From Candidatus Falkowbacteria bacterium (lineage in GTDB: Bacteria > Patescibacteriota > Patescibacteriia > Patescibacteriales > WJLG01), in NCBI GenBank assembly GCA_963747695.1, contig CAVVFV010000010.1, forward strand, positions 5,618 to 69,617: a stretch of DNA of 64,000 nucleotides. Reading direction: 5' to 3'. Positions 1 to 7,039 of the stretch are shown in pieces. Positions within the stretch are counted from its first letter, which is position 1; each line of letters starts with the position of its first letter. Under the pieces are notes generated by a model, which ran no database searches, was not told the origin of the DNA, and saw only the letters and a list, made by a program, of their open reading frames with translations. A program made the position numbers and the translations under genes.

Positions 1-50
1 TTAGTCATAACATTTTTATTATTTTTTTATATATTAATAATTATAGCATA

Positions 51-560
51 AAAATCCTAAATTTAAAATCCTAAATCCTAAACAAATCCAAATGTCCAAA
101 ATTCAAAATTAAAAACCGTTGCGATTAAAGATTATTGCCGGTTATTTTTTTCTGACTTTGTAATAATCGCGCCAAATATTTTCATCAATTCCACTGATTC
201 GTTAATCAACCGTTGTTTCTCTGCTTTTAAACTTAAATTGCTTCCTTCCTCAATCAACTTAAGCCAATAACGGCTTTCCTTGGCTTCCTTGCGGCTTATT
301 TTTATCCTAAAAATAAAGTCTTTTTTGCTTAATGATTCATTGGCCTCGATGTAATTAGCTCCTACAGAGCCGGATGATCTGATTACCTGTTTTGCATCCT
401 CGATATTGGCAATGGAACTCGGAATCACTTTAATAAATTTTCTTACCCGGTCGGCAAATTCCAATGTCCGATTTTCCAGATCATAGTAATTCACCCTCGC
501 TGTTTTGAACATTAGAATTTTGAATTTGTTTAGGATTTAGGATTTCGTGCTTAGAATTTA
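51..560. repeat. class-I hairpin cassette: inverted-repeat arms enclosing four-helix-bundle ORF 132..512
   Basis: 66..87 'aaatcctaaatcctaaacaaat' is the exact reverse complement of 524..545. Simple-sequence flanks (aatcctaaa / tttaggatt) extend the arms. Confidence 0.85.
132..512 (-). CDS. four-helix-bundle protein (23S rRNA intervening-sequence protein / DGR-Avd-like family)
   Basis: 126-aa ATG ORF. Family-typical motifs 'SSGSVGANYIEA' and 'RKEAKESRYWL'. About two-thirds identical by eye to ORF 6556..6930. Enclosed by a perfect 22-nt inverted repeat (66..87 / 524..545). Confidence 0.85.
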   Translation of the reverse strand: MFKTARVNYYDLENRTLEFADRVRKFIKVIPSSIANIEDAKQVIRSSGSVGANYIEANESLSKKDFIFRIKISRKEAKESRYWLKLIEEGSNLSLKAEKQRLINESVELMKIFGAIITKSEKNNRQ

Positions 561-1286
561 TTTGACGATCATCTTCCCGACCGCGCCAAGTTGGCGGTGG
601 CCATCAAAATCGGAATAAAATGTATATTCGCCAAGCTGAGTCGGAGCATTGAAAGGAATCGCCAAAGTTTGCCGCGGTTCCAAGCCCATCGCCACGGCGG
701 CCAAGAGCGGGCTGTCGAATTTAAAAACTTCCACCGAACTGGCAGCGGTAACCGACAACACCACCGCTTGTCCGGCGCTGACCGTGAATTCCGCGGGAAC
801 AATCGAATCGGGATTTATCGTTAATTTTATGGCGCTCGCCGGCAGTTTGCTGGCATCGATCGGCGCCGACTGCAAAGGAGCGTTGGCATCACCGGCCCGC
901 GTGCCGTTGGCCGCCGTTTCCGATCCATCGCGCGTCAAAACTTCGCCGGTTTTTTCCGAGATCGGATTGCTTTGCGGCGCGACCACCACGGCTTGTTCCG
1001 GAGTCGTAGTACCGTCGCCGTTGTCCCGATTAACCGTAATTACTTTGGCAATATTTCCTGCCGCGGGAGTCGAGGCTAAATTTTTCGTTTCCTCAATCAA
1101 TTTTTGTGTGGCTTGTTTGCCCGCTTCAATGCTCGTGGCCGGGGCTTGGCCGGTCTGGGCCGCGGGCGGATTTTTCGTTATGGTCTTCGGCGCAGAAAAA
1201 TTTTTCCAAATAAACAAGCCGGCGATAAAAACAACCAAAACGCCGATGATGACAGACATGATGATGATGGATTTTTTTGTGAACAT
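558..1286 (-). CDS. membrane-anchored secreted protein, C-terminal cupredoxin-like beta-sandwich (tentative)
   Basis: 242-aa ATG ORF. N-terminal TM helix 'IIIMSVIIGVLVVFIAGLFIW', an Ala/Thr/Pro-rich linker, and a C-terminal tail 'EYTFYSDFDGHRQLGAVGKMIVK'. The fold call is by eye only. Confidence 0.6.
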   Translation of the reverse strand: MFTKKSIIIMSVIIGVLVVFIAGLFIWKNFSAPKTITKNPPAAQTGQAPATSIEAGKQATQKLIEETKNLASTPAAGNIAKVITVNRDNGDGTTTPEQAVVVAPQSNPISEKTGEVLTRDGSETAANGTRAGDANAPLQSAPIDASKLPASAIKLTINPDSIVPAEFTVSAGQAVVLSVTAASSVEVFKFDSPLLAAVAMGLEPRQTLAIPFNAPTQLGEYTFYSDFDGHRQLGAVGKMIVK

Positions 1287-1295
1287 GCGGATAAA

Positions 1296-1731
1296 ATTGT
1301 TATATTGTTATACTGCTATATTGTTAATTTATTATTCGTAAAATTTATTAGGTGATAAATTTCTTTCGGTAATTTCGCCAATTCACCAAATATGTACCTA
1401 TACTCATCTTCGTTCAACAACTTTCTCACTCGAGATTTTTCATTCCAATCCAATGATTCTTTCAGAGATCCGATTGAATAACGATAAAACTTAATTTTGT
1501 CTTTTTTACTGTATCGGCCGAAACCTTCGGCAATATTTGCGTAAATGGAATCGGCAGCGGTAACAAATTGCTCCCCCAAAGAACTTTTATTAAAATAATC
1601 CCATTTTACTATTTTGCTCCAAATATAATTGGATAAATTAAAACTTATTTTGTAAGCGTTCAAGTCGTTGAGCGACAAAAATTTCCCCTCCATAAAATTA
1701 TAACAATATAGCAATATGACAATATAACAAT
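1296..1731. repeat. class-II hairpin cassette: inverted-repeat arms enclosing four-helix-bundle ORF 1316..1693
   Basis: 1296..1326 'attgttatattgttatactgctatattgtta' against the reverse complement of 1701..1731 gives 29/31 matches. Confidence 0.85.
1316..1693 (-). CDS. four-helix-bundle protein, divergent member of the IVS/Avd-like family
   Basis: Motif 'ANIAEGFGRYSKKDKIKFYRYSIGSLKESLDW'. The track ORF starts at a TTG (1714) inside the inverted-repeat arm; the ATG at 1693 (MEGKFLS...) is preferred. Confidence 0.8.
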   Translation of the reverse strand: MEGKFLSLNDLNAYKISFNLSNYIWSKIVKWDYFNKSSLGEQFVTAADSIYANIAEGFGRYSKKDKIKFYRYSIGSLKESLDWNEKSRVRKLLNEDEYRYIFGELAKLPKEIYHLINFTNNKLTI

Positions 1732-4032
1732 CTATTTAAGATTAACCAGCGCCATCACCCAGCCTTTGCCCGTATCCGCTTCAAGGGCTTTGCCGATTGC
1801 CGTACCGACTTTGGGGTTGATCGCTTTCATCGCTTCGCCGGAAACTGCCGAAGTCGTCAGCAGATCGCCCGGTTGGATCTTTCCGCCGGTGGCGTTAACC
1901 AAAACTTTTACCACGCCGGTCAAAGCGACGGGCGCGACAAACTTTCCTTCGACTTGGCCGATGACCATGCCCGGCTTTTCAGAAATTACTCCGATCACCG
2001 TCTGATCATAATTTTTATCGCAGGCGCGAGCTGATTTATAGCCCTGGTCGTCCATCACCAAAACCGTACCGGCCGGATAATTTTTGTCAGTATAAAACTC
2101 TTCGGCCACGTCGCCCGAACCGGCCGTGATCTGACCGGCAACTAACAGGTCGCCGGACTTGGTTACTCTTAATACATTAGTCGTGGTTGAGCTCGCCACG
2201 TCAAAAATATCGCTGATACCGGCGGCACCGGCTACCGTTAATTTGGCTGTTGCCGCAGTTGTTCCAACGCCGACGTTACCGGATATATAAGCGTTGCCGG
2301 CGCCGTAATTTGCTCCGGCGGCATTATAACCGACCAACAAAGAAGCGGCAGTTGAAACCTGGAAAGGATGAGTGGCGTCGCCCACGTATCTTATGCCATA
2401 TCCTTCAATGAATTTAGTGATGGCAAAAGTGCCGCTTTCAAATCCCAGCCCGGCTCCGGCAAGACTAATACCGATTGGCCCGTTTACGGTGAGAGTTTCG
2501 GCCGGATTGGTGGATCCGATGCCGACGCTGCCGGAGCCATAAGCTCCGCCGCCATCTAAAATGATGTTATCGTTTTGTTTGATAACAAAATCATAATGAG
2601 AAGTTGCCCCGCTATAAATTGACAGGTCATTAGTGCCAAGAACGGCAGAAGCGATTAAAGCGTAATAGAACGAGCCCTCCTTAGCCAAGTCAAACTCCCC
2701 CCCGCTGGTTCCGCCAGCCCTAATCACCGGCTGCGCTCCGCCGCTCACATGTAATGTTGCCATCGGGTTGGTCGTCCCAATGCCGACGTTGCCGCCGCTT
2801 AATATTGTAACTCTGGTAGTATCGTTAGTTCCCAGTTGCAGCGGATATGCCCCCGATTGATTCATCACAAAGGCATATGGCAATCCGCCGTTTGTTGTAA
2901 ACGCTGTTCCAGCGCTATTTTCAATACCAAAATACGCACCGGGAGTATTTGAAAAACTAAGGAAAGCGGCATTGGTAGCAGTAGTAGAGTGCAAATGTAT
3001 CCGCGCCGTTGCCCCTTCAACCTGTAAAGGAAACAAAGGGTTGGTCGTCCCAATGCCGACGTTGCCGCCGTTCTGAACTATTAAACGGGTAGTTCCAATA
3101 CCGCTGGCAACTGACATAAAATTAAATCCATTGCCATCTTCCCCTAAAAGATAGCCGGTATTGTCGTAAGTCCTGTTCAGTAATATAGCAGGCCAATATT
3201 GTGCCGTTAATTTCAAATTATTAGAAAAACCCTGATTGGTAAAATTATCTGCACTGGATATTATTTCTAATGCGCCGCCGGGATTGGTCGTCCCGATGCC
3301 TACGCCGTTTTTGTTTAAATTAAGTATTGATGAATAAGTCGTTCCGCCATTGATAATATCATATTGCCAACCGATCGTTCCGTTAACTGGATTATTTCCA
3401 TGGAGCTGCAAATAATAATTATTGGGTAAATCAGTTTCGTCCCGCCAAATTTGTCCGGTAACATAGCCATCAACTTCCAATTTAGCGCCAGGATTGGTCG
3501 TCCCAATGCCGACGTTGCCGGTGTTCATATTCCAAATATTTCCCCCCAATGTTCCGCTCCAAAATTTGGAAGATGAAGCCGCCCAGTCGACGTAATATTT
3601 GGAAGCGGCTTCATTGTTATTGATCGGGATGGTCGCCAATCCCACGACCCGATTGCCATCGGCGTCAATGACGTTGACGTTCGGGGCGGACGGACTGCTT
3701 ACCAATAAACTGGCGGCGCCCAGCGAGGAAGAAGCAATGGCTACCTTACCGTTATAAACGAAAAAATTAGATACGATTGACGGCGAAGTGGTACCGAGCT
3801 TCAAAGTCCCGTACTTGGTCTGATCGATCGGTAAAGCAGTGGATCCGGTGAAAATCGGCGGCGTAACATTGCCGCCAGTCGGACTGGCGGTCGGATTGGA
3901 CCAGTCAGCTAAGCCATAAAGCGCGTAAATAAAAACCCCCAACACGACAAAGGCGCCGAGAGCAAAGCCTAAACTCGAATCTTTTAAAGAATTTTGTATT
4001 TTAGTAAAATTGTCTTTTTGGGAAAACTGCAT
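1732..4032 (-). CDS. secreted fibre-like repeat protein (six GIGTTNP-type repeats; phage fibre/appendage-like C-terminal domain, tentative)
   Basis: 766 aa with an N-terminal TM anchor. Six spaced copies of G-[IV]-G-[TS]-T-x-[PA]...L-x-V. The DNA unit 'ggttggtcgtcccaatgccgacgttgcc' recurs near 2766, 3039, 3281 and 3492. The C-terminal 'GDVAEEFYTD...VIGVISEKPGMVIG' resembles autoproteolytic intramolecular-chaperone domains of phage fibres (recollection, unverified). Confidence 0.7.
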   Translation of the reverse strand: MQFSQKDNFTKIQNSLKDSSLGFALGAFVVLGVFIYALYGLADWSNPTASPTGGNVTPPIFTGSTALPIDQTKYGTLKLGTTSPSIVSNFFVYNGKVAIASSSLGAASLLVSSPSAPNVNVIDADGNRVVGLATIPINNNEAASKYYVDWAASSSKFWSGTLGGNIWNMNTGNVGIGTTNPGAKLEVDGYVTGQIWRDETDLPNNYYLQLHGNNPVNGTIGWQYDIINGGTTYSSILNLNKNGVGIGTTNPGGALEIISSADNFTNQGFSNNLKLTAQYWPAILLNRTYDNTGYLLGEDGNGFNFMSVASGIGTTRLIVQNGGNVGIGTTNPLFPLQVEGATARIHLHSTTATNAAFLSFSNTPGAYFGIENSAGTAFTTNGGLPYAFVMNQSGAYPLQLGTNDTTRVTILSGGNVGIGTTNPMATLHVSGGAQPVIRAGGTSGGEFDLAKEGSFYYALIASAVLGTNDLSIYSGATSHYDFVIKQNDNIILDGGGAYGSGSVGIGSTNPAETLTVNGPIGISLAGAGLGFESGTFAITKFIEGYGIRYVGDATHPFQVSTAASLLVGYNAAGANYGAGNAYISGNVGVGTTAATAKLTVAGAAGISDIFDVASSTTTNVLRVTKSGDLLVAGQITAGSGDVAEEFYTDKNYPAGTVLVMDDQGYKSARACDKNYDQTVIGVISEKPGMVIGQVEGKFVAPVALTGVVKVLVNATGGKIQPGDLLTTSAVSGEAMKAINPKVGTAIGKALEADTGKGWVMALVNLK

Positions 4033-4080
4033 AAAAATTTTATAGTCCCCGCTTGACGAAACGTTTTTAGCTCCGGCAGA

Positions 4081-4189
4081 TTTTTTAATTTTGTAATTTT
4101 TAAATTTTTAAAATAAATCCTAATTTTTAATTTTTAAAAATTAAGCCTTAAAAATTCTTTCAAAAATTTAAAAATTAAAAATTAATTTG
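4081..4189. repeat. AT-rich inverted-repeat element, family 'aaaattaaaaatt', copy 1
   Basis: The core at 4115..4169 is ~95% identical to 13366..13421. The outer arms 4081..4109 / 4162..4186 are complementary. Confidence 0.75.
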
Positions 4190-4197
4190 TGGGCTTT

Positions 4198-4554
4198 TCA
4201 AAATAATCCCTCGAAATACGGGACAAATATTATCAATCCGACGGCGATGGCCAAGATTGCGGCGATCATCACGGCCGCGGCCATGATATCTTTGGCGGCC
4301 ATCACCGACTCGTGGATCCTCGGCTTAAGCACGTCGGCCAGCCGTTCAATCGCGCTGTTGACCGTTTCCATCAGGATCACCAAGGCGATGCAGATCAAAA
4401 TGGCGCACCATTGCCAAGGCTGGATCTTAAAAACAAAGCCTAAAGCTATTACAATTATAGCAACTAATGAGTGAATCTGTAAATTTTGCTCCTCGCGAAA
4501 AATTTTGAACAAGCCGCGGAAAGCATAGCCGAAACTCTTGAATAAACGAATCAT
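4198..4554 (-). CDS. dgkA: diacylglycerol kinase / undecaprenol kinase family protein
   Basis: 118 aa with three TM segments. Motif 'EEQNLQIH...ETVNSAIERLAD...AKDIMAAAV' is typical of prokaryotic DAGK. Confidence 0.85.
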   Translation of the reverse strand: MIRLFKSFGYAFRGLFKIFREEQNLQIHSLVAIIVIALGFVFKIQPWQWCAILICIALVILMETVNSAIERLADVLKPRIHESVMAAKDIMAAAVMIAAILAIAVGLIIFVPYFEGLF

Positions 4555-4660
4555 TGTTATATTGTCATACTGTTATATTGCTATATTGCTGCGCAACGAA
4601 ATAAATATTTATTGTAATTTAAGACGTCACTTAACAATATAACAATATAGCAATATAACC
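4553..4660. repeat. 'empty' class-II hairpin between ybeY and dgkA
   Basis: Built from the same caatataacaa/ttgttatattg units as the arms at 1296..1731. A 17-bp perfect stem joins 4572..4588 and 4643..4659. The loop begins 'gcgcaacgaaataaata'. Confidence 0.75.
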
Positions 4661-4664
4661 TTTT

Positions 4665-5081
4665 TTACTTCTTACCTTTTTTTTTCAACTTACCAATAAA
4701 TTTTTCTCCTAAATTAATCATGTGTAGTCGGTCTTTTTCCGTCCGGTCATCGTAGCCGCCGAGGTGCAATAGGCCGTGAACCAGGATAAAGATCAACTCA
4801 TTTTGAAAGGCGTTGCCATTTTCTTTGGCTTGCCGGCGGATTTGCGCGGGATCGATGATAATTTCCCCAAAAAAATCTTCATCTCCACCAAAAGACAACA
4901 CGTCGGTCGGACAATTTTTCTTCCGGTAGCGGAAATTCAGCTGCTTCATCTTGGCATCGCCGATAAAGGCAATCGAAACATCTTGCTTGGACAAATTCCG
5001 GCTCCGCAAAAATTTTTCCGCCACCCCTTTTATCAACCGTTCGTTAATCTTAAATTTAGTCGTGTTATTAATCTCAATCAT
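4665..5081 (-). CDS. ybeY: rRNA maturation endoribonuclease YbeY
   Basis: 138 aa with the zinc motif 'HGLLHLGGYDD'. Confidence 0.9.
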   Translation of the reverse strand: MIEINNTTKFKINERLIKGVAEKFLRSRNLSKQDVSIAFIGDAKMKQLNFRYRKKNCPTDVLSFGGDEDFFGEIIIDPAQIRRQAKENGNAFQNELIFILVHGLLHLGGYDDRTEKDRLHMINLGEKFIGKLKKKGKK

Positions 5082-5087
5082 TTAAAT

Positions 5088-5220
5088 AAATCTGAAATAC
5101 AAAATCCAAAAATAAATTCAAAATCCGAATAACAAAAATTCTAATCGTTTTGAATTTTGAATTTTTAACATTTGAATTTGTTTAGGATTTCGTGCTTAGA
5201 ATTTCGGATTTGATTAGAAT
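5088..5220. repeat. 'empty' class-I hairpin (no ORF in loop) upstream of ybeY
   Basis: 5174..5211 'gaatttgtttaggatttcgtgcttagaatttcggattt' matches the leader motif at 522..559 and 6940..6978. Nested pairings are 5136..5144/5196..5204 (9 bp) and 5119..5129/5203..5212. Confidence 0.7.
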
Positions 5221-5222
5221 AA

Positions 5223-5284
5223 TGTCGGGAATAGACCCTCCCCGTCTCCGCCAGGGGCAGAGCCACCCCTCCCGGGGAGGGGAC
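5223..5284. repeat. GC-rich REP-like hairpin element (intergenic)
   Basis: 'ccaggggcagagccacccctcccggggaggggac' is related to the reverse complement of the 60357.. terminus ('ccaggggctgtccacccctctcaagagggg'). Confidence 0.65.
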
Positions 5285-5288
5285 GTTT

Positions 5289-6413
5289 TTATTTCAGCGT
5301 AAAGCTATTAATCATCATCAAGAAAATATGGTAATAGGCGGGATTGCTGTCTGCTGCCGGCACATAAGAAATGGTATAGATATTATTTTTCCCCGCGTCA
5401 GCCAGATAAAATATTTCTCGATTCTGATGAAAGACGCCTTGCCAGCCGTTCTTGGCGACGACGGCGGCATCGGTGACCGGAGTATCCGGGAACTGGCTGT
5501 TGTACCAATCTTTGATCGACAAGTTGCCGGTATCGGGCATCGCGACGATCTCGATGAAAGAATTATCAGCGGCCGAAAAAATGATCGACTGGCCGCTGTT
5601 CAAATCCTGCGCCTGCCAAATTTTCGGATAATCAATGCTGAATTTGGCGGCCGTGTCCTGATAAACCGCGATATGCGGATTGTCGGTGATCTTGCCCGCG
5701 CCAGCCGGATTGTAAAGACTCAAGACTTCCGCCCCATCGGTATAACCGTCGCCGTCCGTATCGGCTTTATTCGGATCAGTGCCGAAAATAGCTTCTTCGG
5801 CGTCGGAAAGGCCGTCATGATCGGAATCGACTACGTTGGCAGCCAAAGGCAAACCGTCATGGGCTAAAGTGGAAGAGGCCGAAAAAGCGGTGGTGGAGGT
5901 GGCAACCGGCGGAGTGGAAGTGGCTATGATTAGCGCGGTGGAAGAAGAAATAATCGTGGAAGTGGCCGGAGTCGTTGGCGCCGGGGCCGTCGGCGCGCTC
6001 GTGGTCGCCACTATCGGAGGAGTAGTCGAACCGACTGGCGCTGAAACCGGCGGAGGCGTAACCGACGGTTGAGTCACTGTTGGCGGAACAGATACGGCCG
6101 GCGTTTTAACCGCCGGTTTCGGATTGATTAAAAATATATAAGCCAAATAGACAGCCGCGATCATTACCAAAACCCCGACAATCATAATCACTGCTCCGAT
6201 CACGGTGGTTTTTTTATCCCCCGTCTTCGAGCTGATCTTAAACTTGCGCGGCATAGTGCGGATTTTGATATTTTTTTCAATCTCTTCGTCGAGATTGACC
6301 TTGGGCGCGCTGGCAGCCGCCGCCGAAAAAATCCGGCCGCTGTCTTTTTCGTCTGCCGGCGTATTATCCTCCGGCTCCATTATCTGCCCTTTAAATCCAG
6401 ACATAAATTTCAT
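5289..6413 (-). CDS. single-pass membrane protein with Pro/Thr/Ser-rich stalk, TSP3-like Ca-binding repeats and a C-terminal globular domain
   Basis: 374 aa. TM helix 'VIGAVIMIVGVLVMIAAVYLAYIFLI'. Repeat 'DSDHDGLSDAEEAIFGTDPNKADTDGDGYTDGAEV'. Function unknown. Confidence 0.7.
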   Translation of the reverse strand: MKFMSGFKGQIMEPEDNTPADEKDSGRIFSAAAASAPKVNLDEEIEKNIKIRTMPRKFKISSKTGDKKTTVIGAVIMIVGVLVMIAAVYLAYIFLINPKPAVKTPAVSVPPTVTQPSVTPPPVSAPVGSTTPPIVATTSAPTAPAPTTPATSTIISSSTALIIATSTPPVATSTTAFSASSTLAHDGLPLAANVVDSDHDGLSDAEEAIFGTDPNKADTDGDGYTDGAEVLSLYNPAGAGKITDNPHIAVYQDTAAKFSIDYPKIWQAQDLNSGQSIIFSAADNSFIEIVAMPDTGNLSIKDWYNSQFPDTPVTDAAVVAKNGWQGVFHQNREIFYLADAGKNNIYTISYVPAADSNPAYYHIFLMMINSFTLK

Positions 6414-6480
6414 GATTAAATGTATAATGGTAAAACCTATCTTTCCCCTGAAAAATCCTGAAGGGAAATTAAATAATACT

Positions 6481-6978
6481 TTAAATCCGAAGCTAGAAAT
6501 CCGAAATCCGAAACAAATCTAAAATCTCAAATCAGTAAAAACTAAAATTTTAATTTTATTCCTCTTGGGTTGAATTTCTTAAAATAGCTCCGAAAATTTT
6601 CATTAATTCCGTTGCCTCATTGGCTAAAAAATTTCTTTCCCGCGCCGCATTCTCGTAATTTCCGCAATCAATTAAAATTAGCCAGTATCTGCTTTCTTTG
6701 GCCTCCTTGCGACAAATCTTTATTCTTAAGATAAAATCTTTTTTACTTAAAAAATTATTAGCTTCGATATAATTTGCACCCACCGAACCGGACGATCTTG
6801 CCAATTGTTTCGCATCTTCAATATTTGATGTTGAAAACGGAATAACTTTTAGAAAATTTCTAACTTTGGCTGCGAAATTAAGTGTTCTCTCTTCCAAATC
6901 ATAATAATTAATTCTCACTGTTTTGGTCATTGGAATTTTAAATTTGTTTCAGATTTCGTGCTTCGGATTTCGGATTTA
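6481..6978. repeat. class-I hairpin cassette enclosing four-helix-bundle ORF 6556..6930
   Basis: 6497..6512 pairs perfectly (16 bp) with 6962..6977, and 6511..6518 pairs with 6942..6949. The right arm carries the conserved 'aatttgttt.ag.atttcgtgctt.g.attt' motif. Confidence 0.8.
6556..6930 (-). CDS. four-helix-bundle protein (IVS/Avd-like family)
   Basis: 124-aa ATG ORF. 'SSGSVGANYIEANNFLSKKDFILRIKICRKEAKESRYWL'. Bracketed by inverted repeats 6481..6528 / 6932..6978. Confidence 0.85.
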   Translation of the reverse strand: MTKTVRINYYDLEERTLNFAAKVRNFLKVIPFSTSNIEDAKQLARSSGSVGANYIEANNFLSKKDFILRIKICRKEAKESRYWLILIDCGNYENAARERNFLANEATELMKIFGAILRNSTQEE

Positions 6979-7039
6979 TGACATGACTAAAAAAGATTAA
7001 ATTTTCAGATTGATATCGTGCTTTTTTGCTTTCTAATTC

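Noticed and set aside
1732-4032. A prophage or phage remnant, suggested by the fibre-like gene.
   Set aside because: There are no integrase, terminase, capsid, portal, tail-tube or lysis genes anywhere in the window. The flanking genes are housekeeping (dgkA, ybeY).
51-6978. Fragments of a 23S rRNA gene around the four-helix-bundle ORFs, which would make them true rRNA intervening sequences.
   Set aside because: The flanking sequence is AT-rich simple repeat or protein-coding. I recognised no conserved 23S rRNA helices or motifs.
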